DNA of 64,000 nt from an uncultured Clostridia bacterium (GTDB taxonomy: Bacteria; Bacillota; Clostridia; Lachnospirales; Lachnospiraceae), in NCBI GenBank assembly GCA_947058385.1, contig CAMSGQ010000015.1, positions 7,692-71,691 on the forward strand, read 5' to 3'. Within the stretch, counting starts at the first letter, position 1. Each line of letters opens with the position of its first letter. Shown here in pieces: positions 38,848 to 50,157 of this stretch. A model generated the notes under the pieces. That model was not told the origin of the DNA, ran no database searches, and worked only from the letters and a program-made list of their open reading frames with translations. The position numbers and the translations under genes were made by a program.

Positions 38848-38882
38848 AAAAAAAATTCTCTGTAAATATAATATTTACAGAG
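38848..38882 (-). terminator. rho-independent terminator downstream of tRNA-Leu
   Basis: Perfect 12-bp inverted repeat ctctgtaaatat/atatttacagag followed by T8 on minus strand. Confidence 0.75.
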
Positions 38883-38899
38883 AACGCCCCTGCCAAGAG

Positions 38900-38982
38900 T
38901 GCCGCAGGCCGGACTTGAACCGGCACGAGGTCGCCCCCGCTAGATTTTGAGTCTAGTGCGTCTGCCATTCCGCCACTGCGGC
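38900..38982 (-). tRNA. tRNA-Leu (anticodon CAA), class II with long variable arm
   Basis: Minus-strand GCCGCAGTGGCGGAATGGCAGACGCACTAGACTCAAAATCTAGCGGGGGCGACCTCGTGCCGGTTCAAGTCCGGCCTGCGGCA; anticodon loop CUCAAAA; T-loop GGTTCAAGTCC. Confidence 0.8.
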
Positions 38983-39087
38983 AATTTCCTAACACTTGAT
39001 TAGTCTATCATAGATACCATCTCTTGTCAACTCTTTTTTTGAAAAATTTGTATTTTTTTGTTCTTTTTCAACTATATCACCAAAAAG

Positions 39088-39711
39088 CTATTTTATTGTA
39101 ACAGAACTAGAACGCTCCTGTTTTGAAAAAATACAGCCACAATATTCCTGTCGATAAAGTCCATACTCCTTTGAAAGTACAATCGAACGCTGATATCCAT
39201 TTTTCTTTTTAAAATCAGAAAAAAGATATGGCACACCATATTCCTTTGAAAGCATACTTCCAATTTGATTTAATTTTTCTGCATTTTTTAAAGGACTAAT
39301 ACTTAATGTTGTTGTAAAATAATCAAATCCTTTCTCTTGTGCGATTTTGGCAGTTTCTCGAAGCCGTAACTCATAACAGCGAAAACAGCGCTCTCCACCT
39401 TCTTTTATTTTCTCCACTCCCTTTACCGTAGTAAAAAAATCTTCTGGTTTATACTCTCCTTCTAAAAAATGTACTGGATTAGAAAAAGGCATAGCAGAAA
39501 TCAATCGTTTCTCTTCCTCCACTCGGTACTGATACTCTTCTATAGGAAAAATATTTGGATTAAAATAAAACACAGTAATCTCAAAATATTTTGATAAATA
39601 TTCCAACACATAGCTAGAACAAGGAGCACAACAACTATGTAAAAGAATATGTGGTTGTCCTTGTATTTTTTCTAATATTTGTTCAAACACTCTTTGGTAG
39701 TTCTCGGTCAT
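39088..39711 (-). CDS. queH: epoxyqueuosine reductase QueH (DUF208)
   Basis: LLHSCCAPCS motif; start set at MTENYQ with RBS GGAGGAAAAGGAA. Confidence 0.8.
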   Translation of the reverse strand: MTENYQRVFEQILEKIQGQPHILLHSCCAPCSSYVLEYLSKYFEITVFYFNPNIFPIEEYQYRVEEEKRLISAMPFSNPVHFLEGEYKPEDFFTTVKGVEKIKEGGERCFRCYELRLRETAKIAQEKGFDYFTTTLSISPLKNAEKLNQIGSMLSKEYGVPYLFSDFKKKNGYQRSIVLSKEYGLYRQEYCGCIFSKQERSSSVTIK

Positions 39712-39842
39712 TTCCTTTTCCTCCAATAATAAAAAATGCACATTTCATTGGCTTGTACCAAAAAAGGAATCTTTGTAAAAATATTGTTTTAGCTCAAACA
39801 AAGATTCCATCTTGTTATAGACATCAAAATCCAAAATTAAAT

Positions 39843-41336
39843 TTAGGAAATTCCATAAAGCTTCTTATATTTTTCTTTTAAGTAGATAATAAAATAATCT
39901 GGATTAAACTCTTCTTTTGTTGTTTCTTTTAAAATTTCCCGTGCTTCCTTAAATGCCCCATATTGATGCACATGTTGATGTAAAAATTCTCGAATTGCTT
40001 TTATATTTCCTTTCGAAAGCTCCTCTTCCACATTGATTTCTTTCTGCATCTTTGCATAAATCTGAGCAGCAAATGCATTTCCAAGTGCATAAGATGGAAA
40101 ATATCCCATACTTCCCATAGACCAATGTACATCCTGCAAAATTCCAACGGTATCATTTTCTGGTGTGATTCCTAGATATTCTTGATATTTTTCATTCCAA
40201 AGCCGAGGTAATTCTTCTACTTCTACTTCCCCATTTATCATTAATTTTTCCAACTCATAGCGTACCATAATATGCAAACAGTAAGTCAATTCATCTGCCT
40301 CTGTCCGAATTTCATCTGCCTGAACTCGATTGATTGCTGCTACAAACTGATCGAGTGAAACTTCTTTTAATTGTTTTGGAAACAATTCTACTAACTTCCC
40401 ATAAATAGGTACCCAAAATGCTCGGCTTCTTCCAATCATATTTTCCATAAACCGAGACTGGGATTCATGTATTCCACAAGAAGCTCCCTCTCCAAGTATC
40501 GTTTGTGTATATTGATCCTCTATTCCCTGCTCATAAATTGCATGTCCACTCTCATGGATAGTAGAAAAAATCGCACTTGCTAAATTTTCTTCATAATAAT
40601 GTGTTGTAATTCGCACATCATGATTATGCCAAGAAGTTGTAAATGGATGTTCACTCTCCGCCATAACGCCACGGTTAAAATTAAATCCAATATACTCCGC
40701 TAAAAAGCGATTAAATTCTTTTTGTTTTTCAATTTCATACTTTTGATGTAAAAAGGAATCTTCTATCTGTGGTTGTTTTTGAATCTTTTGAAGAAGAGGA
40801 ATTAACTCCTTTTTTAATTTATCAAAAAAAATATCCAATACCTCTACTGGAAATGTTTCCTCATAATCATCTAACAGTACATCATATCCTGTCTGTTCTT
40901 TGGTTGAACCATAAGAGGCAAACTTTTTGTTATATGCAATAATCTCCTTTAAATAAGGTGCAAAGATTGAAAAATCATTCTCTTTTTTCGCTTTCTGCCA
41001 TGCTTTTTGTGACTTTGACTGTAATTCCGCATAAGCTCGCTTCTCCTCTTTTGGAATTGCTTCTGTCTTTCTTAAACTCTTTTTGATTTTACGAATAATT
41101 GCCTGTTCTTTTTCTTCTCCTTCTTTTGCTTCAAATTTTTCTAAAATCTTCTTTACCTCTGGATTGGTAAGACAAAGAAAATCTTCCTCCGCTAAAATAC
41201 CAATTACTTTTGCTGTCTGTTCTCCTGCTTCTTTTGGTGCAAGGGTCGCATTATCCCAATCAAATAAAGCAAGCGCTGTCTGTAATGCCATATGTTTTTC
41301 TAAATAAGGCATCAATTGTTCAAAAATTTGACTCAT
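39843..41336 (-). CDS. carboxypeptidase, M32 (Taq) family
   Basis: 497 aa; HESGHAIYEQG zinc motif. Confidence 0.85.
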   Translation of the reverse strand: MSQIFEQLMPYLEKHMALQTALALFDWDNATLAPKEAGEQTAKVIGILAEEDFLCLTNPEVKKILEKFEAKEGEEKEQAIIRKIKKSLRKTEAIPKEEKRAYAELQSKSQKAWQKAKKENDFSIFAPYLKEIIAYNKKFASYGSTKEQTGYDVLLDDYEETFPVEVLDIFFDKLKKELIPLLQKIQKQPQIEDSFLHQKYEIEKQKEFNRFLAEYIGFNFNRGVMAESEHPFTTSWHNHDVRITTHYYEENLASAIFSTIHESGHAIYEQGIEDQYTQTILGEGASCGIHESQSRFMENMIGRSRAFWVPIYGKLVELFPKQLKEVSLDQFVAAINRVQADEIRTEADELTYCLHIMVRYELEKLMINGEVEVEELPRLWNEKYQEYLGITPENDTVGILQDVHWSMGSMGYFPSYALGNAFAAQIYAKMQKEINVEEELSKGNIKAIREFLHQHVHQYGAFKEAREILKETTKEEFNPDYFIIYLKEKYKKLYGIS

Positions 41337-41418
41337 TCTAAACTCCCTTCCTTTTAGGAAAACCGGAAAACAACTCTCTGTTTTCCGGTTTCCTATCTTT
41401 TTAAAAATATTTCCTATT

Positions 41419-41904
41419 TTAAAAGTATTTCTTACTTCCCCAAAGATTATTCCTCTTTAAGTCTAAATATTCATTATATGCTTTTTCTAAAATCTGCTTT
41501 TCATTCGAAAATTTTAATAAGTGGTAAGCCTCATGAAATTTATAATAACCCGAATCCATGAAAAACTCTTCCCGCTGCGGTTTGCTGTAATAGCTGTCTG
41601 ACATCATTAGATACCAGTGTACATCTTTCTCTACCATATCAGCAGGAGTCGCAAACGTATATTGGCTTTTTCCTACATATTTGATTATATTTCCCTTTAC
41701 GCCTGATTCCTCTAATACTTCACGTAGTGCAGTTTCTTTATACTCTTCTCCAGCTTCTACAGTTCCTTTTGGTAATACCCATCCCTCATATTTATTCTTA
41801 TAGTTTTTATATAAGAGTAAAATCTTACCTCGAAAAATAACCACACCGCCACAGCTCGTTGCTTCAATCATTGCAATTCCTCCTGTCCTTTGGTGTGAAA
41901 CCAA
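41419..41904 (-). CDS. NUDIX hydrolase
   Basis: Nudix box GWVLPKGTVEAGEEYKETALREVLEESG. Confidence 0.8.
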   Translation of the reverse strand: MVSHQRTGGIAMIEATSCGGVVIFRGKILLLYKNYKNKYEGWVLPKGTVEAGEEYKETALREVLEESGVKGNIIKYVGKSQYTFATPADMVEKDVHWYLMMSDSYYSKPQREEFFMDSGYYKFHEAYHLLKFSNEKQILEKAYNEYLDLKRNNLWGSKKYF

Positions 41905-41968
41905 AACTAGGATAAGTATACCTCAATTGACAGAATTATGCAAGTCAATCCAAAAATATGTGAAAAAT

Positions 41969-44746
41969 TTACGTATCCATTTCGGATTCTTTTAATGTAT
42001 ACCATACTTTAAAAATTTCTCCTGCTATCGAAGCTGCCTTTTTACTTCCAGCTCCTCCCTCCTCTACAATTACACTTACTACAATTTCTGGTTTTTCTAC
42101 TGAAGAAAATCCCACAAACCAAGAGTGCGCTTCTTTCTTTGGATCCCATTCTGCCGTACCTGTCTTTCCGGCTACTGAATATTTTTCCAATCTAGCACGA
42201 TATCCTGTTCCTTCTGTTACACACAAAGTCATCCATTCCGTCAGCTGTTTTGCTTCCTGTTCACTAATGGGTACTTGATAACGTTGAGGGCGATATTTTT
42301 TTATGGTATTCCCATGTACATCTGTAATTCGATCTACTAAATAAGGTTTCATCATAACACCACCATTTGCAATGGTTGCTGTTATCATTGCCTGATGAAG
42401 TGGTGTTATCTCCACCGTACCCTGTCCGATTGCAGTTTGCATAATCTCCCATTCAGGAGAACTATCCTTTAATTGAAATTGACTTGATACATATGATAAT
42501 GCAACTGGTAAATCTTGATTAAACAAAAATTTTTCACACAGTTTTGAAAACTGTTCTATCGAAAGCTCTAAACCAATTTTTGCAAAAGCACCATTGCAAG
42601 ACTTCGCAAAAGCCGTTTCAAATGAAATAGTTCCATGTACAGTTTGGTTTGAACATTGAATTGTTGCTCCATTATGTTGGTAAGAACCAGTACAATCATA
42701 AGAAAACTTTGAAATCTGATCTGGAAACTCTTTTAAATATTCTAATGCAGTTAAAATCTTAAATGTAGAACCAGGTGGATAACGTCCTTGCGTAGCACGG
42801 TTTAATAGATAGCTCTGTTCTCCATCTGAATCATCTGCAAGTGATTCCCAGATAGCTTCTATTTCGTTTGGATTATAATCTGGCTTCGAAACCATAGCAA
42901 GAATTTTTCCAGTCGATGGCTCCATCACTACAATAGCCCCTTTTTGGCCTTCCAATTCCTCAGAAGCTGCTTTTTGAAGCGTATAATTTAAAGTCGTAAT
43001 CAGTTGATTTCCCTTATCTTTTTCCCCTCTTAATTCATGTCCTATTTTTTCATAAATAGGTTCATCTGATGTTAAAAGCTGAAAGTTATAGATTTTTTCC
43101 AATCCATCTTTTCCACTCTGTGAATACCCTACTACATGGGAAAATAAATTCTCAAATGGATAAACTCTTTGCTCTGTTCCATCCTCCTTTGTTTCTGTCT
43201 TTGCAATCACTTTTCCATCTGCCGTAAGAATTGTACCACGTACCACCTTTTTTGCGAAATCCTCCTGCCGCAGATTATAAGGATTGTTGATAACATCTTT
43301 ACTCTCTGCAAAAAGAAAATAACCAAGATAACACGGCATTAATAGAAATAGTCCTGTAAATAGATACATAACAAAATAAAGTTCTTGATTCCAACTTGTT
43401 TTTCCCGATAAAATTCTTAGTCTTTCATCATCTGTATGTTTTTGTTCTTCCTCCCCTTTTCCTAGCCCTAGTTCTAATTCTGAAATATATAGTCCCTGTA
43501 CAATTCCATACATTACAAGTGAACTTAGCATTGAACTTCCGCCACAACTTACAAATGGAATTGTTACCCCCGTAGATGGAATTAGTTTCATTGCTCCGCC
43601 AATTGTTAAAAATACCTGTATTCCATACTCACAAGCAAGCCCTAACGCCATATAACGATAAAAATGACTGTGCATCTGAATCGCTATATTTAAAATCAAA
43701 AGCAGACATCCTAAACAGATAAAAATAACACAGACTGCAACCAACCCGCCCAATTCTTCTGCAATTGCTGAGAAGAAAAAGTCCTCTTCTACAACTGGTA
43801 TCTGGGAAGGAGAACCTTTATTTAATCCTACTCCTAACCAGCCTCCTGTTCCGATTGCAAAAAGAGACTGTGCAATCTGATACCCTTTACTTTCAATTAC
43901 AGACCAGGGATCAATCCACGCTGTTACACGAGTCTGAATATGGGAAAATGTCTGATAAGCCAGATAGGAAGCACCTGCTCCCGCTAATAACCCGCCAAAT
44001 AAATAAATCGGTCTTTTTGTAGCTACATAGACCATAAATACAAATACCAATGAAAAAATCAATGCACTTCCCAAATCAGTCGATGCCACTAAAATTAAAA
44101 TATGCACAGCTGCTAAAATTCCTGTCTTTATTACCTGCTTCCAATCATCTCTTACTTCAAACATAGCAGCAATAAAAAATACATAACTAATTTTTACAAA
44201 TTCAGAAGGTTGAAAAGAAACACCAAGTAATGCAATCGAAAGTTTAGCTCCATAACTGGTTTCTGCCAAAATCAAAACTACCAAAAGTAACACTACCCCA
44301 GCAATTCCATAAAGCCATGCAAACTTTCTTAACGATTTCCACTTTTTCATAATATATGGAATCGCTGCCATAAAAAGTGTTCCTAATGCTAAAATCAAAA
44401 ACTGTCGGTTTGCTTTTCCAATAGAAAGTCTTGCCAGCACAAGAAACCCTATCACCATTAGCATACAAACTAAACTAGTTAATAATCTAGAAGCTGCTGG
44501 ATAAGCAATATGAAATAATGTTTCTAACAAAATTAAATAAACTAATTCCGCCCCATATAAAAGGATTAGATTCTCATTTCCTGTAGAAAGAAATAAAGAA
44601 AAAAACCCAAGAAAATGTACCATAAACAGGCAAATATTTAATATTGTTACTTTTCTTTTTTTATAATAAGCAAAAGAATAATACGTATATACCATCATCA
44701 GCAAAATAATCAGATATTTTGACAGCTCTTGCATCAGACTAACCAT
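41969..44746 (-). CDS. single-chain fusion of SEDS glycosyltransferase (FtsW/RodA) and class B penicillin-binding protein transpeptidase
   Basis: 925 aa. N-half polytopic with SEDS motifs FQPSEFVK and ASTDLGSA. C-half has pedestal domain plus transpeptidase motifs STFK (SxxK), SCN (SxN), KTGTAE (KTG). Confidence 0.8.
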   Translation of the reverse strand: MVSLMQELSKYLIILLMMVYTYYSFAYYKKRKVTILNICLFMVHFLGFFSLFLSTGNENLILLYGAELVYLILLETLFHIAYPAASRLLTSLVCMLMVIGFLVLARLSIGKANRQFLILALGTLFMAAIPYIMKKWKSLRKFAWLYGIAGVVLLLVVLILAETSYGAKLSIALLGVSFQPSEFVKISYVFFIAAMFEVRDDWKQVIKTGILAAVHILILVASTDLGSALIFSLVFVFMVYVATKRPIYLFGGLLAGAGASYLAYQTFSHIQTRVTAWIDPWSVIESKGYQIAQSLFAIGTGGWLGVGLNKGSPSQIPVVEEDFFFSAIAEELGGLVAVCVIFICLGCLLLILNIAIQMHSHFYRYMALGLACEYGIQVFLTIGGAMKLIPSTGVTIPFVSCGGSSMLSSLVMYGIVQGLYISELELGLGKGEEEQKHTDDERLRILSGKTSWNQELYFVMYLFTGLFLLMPCYLGYFLFAESKDVINNPYNLRQEDFAKKVVRGTILTADGKVIAKTETKEDGTEQRVYPFENLFSHVVGYSQSGKDGLEKIYNFQLLTSDEPIYEKIGHELRGEKDKGNQLITTLNYTLQKAASEELEGQKGAIVVMEPSTGKILAMVSKPDYNPNEIEAIWESLADDSDGEQSYLLNRATQGRYPPGSTFKILTALEYLKEFPDQISKFSYDCTGSYQHNGATIQCSNQTVHGTISFETAFAKSCNGAFAKIGLELSIEQFSKLCEKFLFNQDLPVALSYVSSQFQLKDSSPEWEIMQTAIGQGTVEITPLHQAMITATIANGGVMMKPYLVDRITDVHGNTIKKYRPQRYQVPISEQEAKQLTEWMTLCVTEGTGYRARLEKYSVAGKTGTAEWDPKKEAHSWFVGFSSVEKPEIVVSVIVEEGGAGSKKAASIAGEIFKVWYTLKESEMDT

Positions 44747-44761
44747 ACTACTACCTCCCTC

Positions 44762-47013
44762 TTACTCAATCCCCCGTTTCAAATGCCCTCTTGTAAATGC
44801 AAAAGGTTCCTCTGAAAATAAAATACCCTTTTGATACGCCTGAATAAATTTTGTAAGAATCTCTGTTACCTCTTTTACAGATTCCAGTGTAAAATCCAGC
44901 CGTATTGCACTAGGTAAAATTCGATCCACTTCTTTTTTTACACTTAAAAGAGAAAGTGGTTTACAATTATATATTTTATTATAGCAAAATTTACACCTAT
45001 TTTTTATTGTAAATTCATTGTTATAACGATCGGTTAAAAGAAGCGTTCCAGATTTGCAAGAACATCCTTTTAAATTTTTCATCGTACATTGTGCTGATAC
45101 CATCATTGGTAAGTAGCCATATACCATTAACTCACTTCTTTTATCTGCAATTTGTGCCAGCTCTCTTCCATTTAACTCTAAAGGAAGGGTTATTTGTTCT
45201 ACATTCCACTGTTTTTCAAATACCTGCATACTTTCCGAATTAAATCCATAAAGAGAAGAATCCAATCGAATCGGTATTTCTTTTTCTTTTCTTTTTTCTT
45301 TTAGAAAAGAAAATTCATCTAAATTTCTTGCTACAAATCCATCAATTCCTGCCTGTAACAATGATTGATATTCTTGTTCTAACCAATTCTTTGTCGTATC
45401 TCGAAAAATAGGTGGAAGCATATAATAAAACTTTTGATTTGGAAACCGTTTTTTATAACTTTTTACATCATCTGTTGAAAATTCACTTGCATCTAAATAA
45501 ATCGAAGAAATTTCTGTAAATTTTGTTACTGCTTCTACATATTCTTTTTTTTCTAAATAGACATTTATTTTATATTGACAAGCAGATTTTAATTCTCTTT
45601 TTTTATTTTTTATTTCCTTTAAATAAATCTCTTTTTGACTTTCTTCTCGATAAAATGGTTGCAGATATGCTGCCGTTAGTTGTTCTAATGCTGTTCTTCG
45701 CAATTCATTTAATTCTGTTATAGAAATAAAACTCTTTCCATCTGTTTCTATTAAAAGATTAGAAAAAGAAAATGGCGTTTTTCTGGTTTTTTCTATTTGT
45801 TTTGCAATATTTTCTTTTGTCATAGGCTGCTTTTCTGCCAAAGCAACCTCTTTTCCAAATACAGTAACACTTTGGTTTTGAAATTGAACAGTAAGTTTTG
45901 CCTTTTCTTTCGAATATATTCTTATTGTTCCATCAATTGCTTCCTTTGGCTCTACAGAGAGAAATTCTTTTCGAACTGCTTCAAAAAGTTCTTGATTTTT
46001 CTCCTCACTTTCTGCTTCTTTTCCCTGAAGAAACATCATATCTTTTCCGTTCTTTTCTATATAATATCCTTTTGTAAATCCACCCCGATTATAAAGATCA
46101 TATAAAATTTTCTTATCCTTATCAGATACAGCAAATCCCTCTCTTCCATGCTCAATATAAATATCTAGATATTTGCGATAAACACTGACTACACCTGCTG
46201 TATATTCCGGCTTTTTCATCCTGCCTTCAATTTTAAGAGAATAGACACCTGCTTCTAAAATATCTGGTAAAAGTTCTATACTGCACAAATCCTTTGGACT
46301 TAATTGATAAGGTTCCTCCTTACGGTTCCATCTTTTTTTCTGTTCTTTCTCTTTTACCTGATAGGGAAGACGGCAAGGCTGTGCACAACGTCCTCGATTT
46401 CCACTTCTTCCTCCTGCCAAACTACTAAATAAACACTGTCCCGAATAGCAGTAACAAAGTGCTCCATGTATAAAACTTTCTATTTCTAAAGATTCTAACC
46501 CTTCTGTATGATGAATCTTTTGGATCTCCTCCAAGGAAAGTTCTCTTGCAGTTACAATTCGTACAGCTCCCATTTCTTTTAAAAGTTTTGCTCCATAAGG
46601 CCCCATCAAAGTCATCTGTGTACTAGCATGAATAGGAAGCTTGGGAAAATACTTTTGAATAAAAGAAAATACTCCAATATCCTGCACAATTACTGCATCT
46701 AATCCCTGTTGATAAAAAGGAAGTAAATAAGAATATAGTTTTTCCTGCATCTCTTGTTCTTTTAATAATGTATTAACTGTTAAATATAATTTTCTACCAT
46801 GAAGATGAACAAAATCAATTGCAGATTTTAAGGTTTCTGTATCTAGGTTGTTGGCATATGCTCTTGCACCAAACAGATTTCCCCCTAAATAAACCGCATC
46901 AGCACCTGCCAAAACAGCCGCCACCATCGTTTCATAGGAGCCAGCTGGTGCTAACAATTCTGCTTTTTTTGCATAACATGCCTGATACCTTTGACTTTTA
47001 TATAACTCCATTC
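44762..47013 (-). CDS. U32-family peptidase (collagenase-like) with C-terminal DUF3656-like region
   Basis: LLAPAGSYE...GADAVYLGGNLFGARA; start set at MELYKS (RBS GAGG) because a hairpin occupies the longer N-terminal extension. Confidence 0.8.
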
Positions 47014-47048
47014 TTTTTTCCTCAATCTTTTCTTTTTTCTCTATAAAG

Positions 47049-47084
47049 AATGTCATGTCTTCTTTCTGGGAATGACATGACATT
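47049..47084 (-). promoter_or_regulatory. 11-bp-stem hairpin between zapA stop and U32 peptidase start (attenuator/terminator-like)
   Basis: aatgtcatgtc-14 nt-gacatgacatt. Confidence 0.35.
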
Positions 47085-47092
47085 TTCTATCC

Positions 47093-47557
47093 TTATTTAT
47101 CCTGATTTTCATTCTTATCCTGCCCATCTTTGCTTCTTTTTTCATTTTGTACTTTTCTAGTATGTGTTTTCTCTGCTTCTAAACGAATAATCGTTTTTTC
47201 CTGTTCGCTTACTGTCTTTCGAAGAGCTTCTAATTCCAGCTCTTCCTCCTCCATTCGAAGTTTTAGTCCTACTAATTCATGTTTTAAATTCGAAATCTCC
47301 TTATTGCGCTCTTCTAATTCTAAACTTGCTGTATCTGCATTTTTCTTTGCTTTATAATAATCATCTGCTACATTGAGATACATCAGGATATTCTGCACCT
47401 CTCGGTTCTGACGTTTATATCCCTCTGCCATTCGTACCTCAGAAAGTTTTGCATTAATATATGCAGCAACTTTATTTAGGTATTCGGGGTCTTCGTATCC
47501 GCTTAATGTATATACTTTTCCGTCAATAACCACCTGTACATTATTCTTTAGTGCCAT
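47093..47557 (-). CDS. zapA: cell division protein ZapA
   Basis: VQVVIDGKVYTLSGYEDPEYLNKVAAYINAKL ZapA fold, C-terminal coiled coil. Confidence 0.6.
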   Translation of the reverse strand: MALKNNVQVVIDGKVYTLSGYEDPEYLNKVAAYINAKLSEVRMAEGYKRQNREVQNILMYLNVADDYYKAKKNADTASLELEERNKEISNLKHELVGLKLRMEEEELELEALRKTVSEQEKTIIRLEAEKTHTRKVQNEKRSKDGQDKNENQDK

Positions 47558-47693
47558 CCAATATCCTCTCCCTGCATTATTCCTTTGTTATCATTAAACT
47601 TTATTATAATCAATTTCAGAAAAAAGCACAAGCATTTTATGAGAGGATTTTGTTTACCAAGATTCTCCAGTTTATAGTTCTATTCTGTTTTTT

Positions 47694-48686
47694 CTATTTT
47701 TTTAGTCCAAGATGTTGATAAGCCAAATCTGTTACAATTCTTCCACGAGGCGTCCTCTGTAAAAATCCATTTTGAATAAGATACGGTTCAATTACTTCTT
47801 CTAATGTTCCAGCATCTTCTCCTAAAGCTGCTGCCAATGTATCTAATCCGCAAGGACCTCCTGTAAATTTTTGAATTAAAGTAATTAAAAACATCCGATC
47901 GCTATTATCTAGTCCATATTTATCCACTTCCAGCAAATCCAACGCAAAATTTGCCACCTCTTCTGTAATAACTCCATGATATTTTACCTGTGCAAAATCT
48001 CGCACCCGCTTTAAAAGCCGATTTGCCAATCGAGGTGTGCCACGACTTCTTCTTGCCATCTCCATTGCACCCGCAGCCTCAATTTCTACTTGCAATACCC
48101 TAGCAGAACGCATTAAAATTGTCTGCAATTCCTGCGGTGTATAAAATTCTAATCGATGAATCACGCCAAATCGATCCCGAAGCGGTGCCGTTAAAAGTCC
48201 AGCTCTGGTTGTAGCACCTACCAAAGTAAATTTAGGTAAATCTAATCGGATGGATCGTGCTGTTGCGCCTTTTCCAATCACAATATCAATTGCAAAATCC
48301 TCCATTGCCGGATAAAGCACTTCTTCTACTTGTCGATTTAACCGATGAATTTCATCAATAAATAATACATCTTTTTCTTGAAGATTATTTAAAATCGCCG
48401 CCAGCTCTCCTGGTTTTTCAATCGCAGGTCCAGAAGTAATCTTCATATTGGTTCCCATCTCATTTGCGATAATTCCAGCTAAAGTTGTTTTTCCAAGTCC
48501 AGGAGGACCATAAAATAATACATGGTCTAGTGGTTCTTTCCGGCTTTTCGCTGCTTCAATATATACTTTTAAATTTTCCTTTGCTTTTGCTTGACCAATA
48601 TAATCTGCCAAAAGCTGTGGCCTTAGATGATTTTCCACACTATTATCTTCTTCTGTTCGCTCTGTTGTTATCATTCTCTTTGCCAT
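47694..48686 (-). CDS. ruvB: Holliday junction DNA helicase RuvB
   Basis: [14 protein letters not shown] Walker A, 330 aa. Confidence 0.95.
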   Translation of the reverse strand: MAKRMITTERTEEDNSVENHLRPQLLADYIGQAKAKENLKVYIEAAKSRKEPLDHVLFYGPPGLGKTTLAGIIANEMGTNMKITSGPAIEKPGELAAILNNLQEKDVLFIDEIHRLNRQVEEVLYPAMEDFAIDIVIGKGATARSIRLDLPKFTLVGATTRAGLLTAPLRDRFGVIHRLEFYTPQELQTILMRSARVLQVEIEAAGAMEMARRSRGTPRLANRLLKRVRDFAQVKYHGVITEEVANFALDLLEVDKYGLDNSDRMFLITLIQKFTGGPCGLDTLAAALGEDAGTLEEVIEPYLIQNGFLQRTPRGRIVTDLAYQHLGLKK

Positions 48687-48703
48687 ATAGAAATCCTTTC
48701 ATC

Positions 48704-49309
48704 CTACCGACTCATCTTTTTTAAAGAAGCCTTTAACAAAGTTTCCACTGTCATATCCTCTGTTACTGTTACAGCACGAACGGCACGAAGTGCATCAGTT
48801 GGACTATATCCCAAAGCAGTCAGTGCTTGCACTGTCTCATTTTGTATCTCTTTTGTCTGTCCAACATCTTTTGCTTCTTTTGCCAACTTTTGTTCAAATA
48901 CCTCTTCTAATTTTAATTTATCCTTTAACTCAATTACCATCTTTTGTGCTGTTTTACTGCCAATTCCTGGTGCTTTTGCAATCGTTTTTGCATCTCCTGC
49001 CAACACTGCAAACCGTAAATCATCTACAGAAATTGTAGAAAGAATAGCCAACGCTCCTTTTGGGCCAATTCCACTTACTCCCAAAAGAAGCCGAAATACT
49101 GTGATATCTTCTTTTTCTAAAAATCCATATAAATCTAAAATATCTTCTCTGATATAGAGATAGGTAAAAATCTGTATCTCACTTCCTATTGCTGGAAGCA
49201 TAGTAACCACAGTAGCAGGTACCTTTATCAAATAACCGATTCCATGATTTTCCACCACAACAAAATCTATTCCTACTTCTTTTAACTCACCTTTTATAAA
49301 AGAAATCAT
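48704..49309 (-). CDS. ruvA: Holliday junction DNA helicase RuvA
   Basis: MISFIKGEL...GIGYLIKVP, HhH motifs, ~200 aa, upstream of ruvB. Confidence 0.9.
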   Translation of the reverse strand: MISFIKGELKEVGIDFVVVENHGIGYLIKVPATVVTMLPAIGSEIQIFTYLYIREDILDLYGFLEKEDITVFRLLLGVSGIGPKGALAILSTISVDDLRFAVLAGDAKTIAKAPGIGSKTAQKMVIELKDKLKLEEVFEQKLAKEAKDVGQTKEIQNETVQALTALGYSPTDALRAVRAVTVTEDMTVETLLKASLKKMSR

Positions 49310-49487
49310 TGAAACTCTCCTTATGCTCTTTTTAATCCAATCTATTAAAAGTAATCGAACATAGATACGATTGTAACAGATCTTCCTCTATCTGGCAAGC
49401 ATTTTAATACCCAGTTCCATTGCTCTATCTATCATTTTATTTCATAAACCAAAGCCCTCCTTTTTTCCTTATTATTTGTCTTATTTA

Positions 49488-49736
49488 TCACCAAGTAACT
49501 TTTTGATCTTTATGTGTATAATTTTTCATTTGTATTATTAAATCTGATAAAATTTTTTTATAATATTCCTTTTGTTTTTCGTTTAGTTGATTTGTCTTTA
49601 AACATTTTTCAAAAACTTTTTGAAATTCTTTTAAATTTTCCTGTGCTGCATCTTTATAATTATTAGATTGATTTATCTGTATCTTCTGCAAAATTGTTTC
49701 TAATTCAGAATTTTTCTTATTAAAAAATGGAAACAC
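49488..49736 (-). CDS. hypothetical small protein
   Basis: 82 aa, K/Q-rich, no recognised motif. Confidence 0.3.
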   Translation of the reverse strand: MFPFFNKKNSELETILQKIQINQSNNYKDAAQENLKEFQKVFEKCLKTNQLNEKQKEYYKKILSDLIIQMKNYTHKDQKVTW

Positions 49737-49775
49737 TCGGATCCCTCCAATTTAGTTTTATTTTTTAGTACAATA

Positions 49776-49806
49776 TAAAAACTCGGAGAGAAGTCTTTCT
49801 CTCCGA
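49776..49806 (-). terminator. rho-independent terminator (9-bp GC-containing stem + T-tract)
   Basis: cggagagaa-gtct-ttctctccg; minus strand followed by TTTTTAT. Confidence 0.55.
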
Positions 49807-50157
49807 AAATATTCTTTATTTTATTATTTTATTCCATTATATAAATAAGGAAAGATTTTTTCAACCCTATTTTTATAAATTTTTCAACTAAAAACTTAGT
49901 ATTAAATATATTAAAAGAAAAAATTTATTCGAATAAATTTTCATAAAACCATTTTTTCCATTTTCCAAAAAATAGTGATTCTAAATGAAACCACCTTAAT
50001 TTCTAACTTTCAACATTTATAAATCGAAAATCCCTTAACATTATTACTGTAAAGGAATTTTCTTATTCGTTTATTTATGATCCTACAATTGATGTAATCA
50101 ATTTTGGTATATAATTACTCAAAGCAGAAGCAGTCATAACCAGAGCAAACAAATAAC

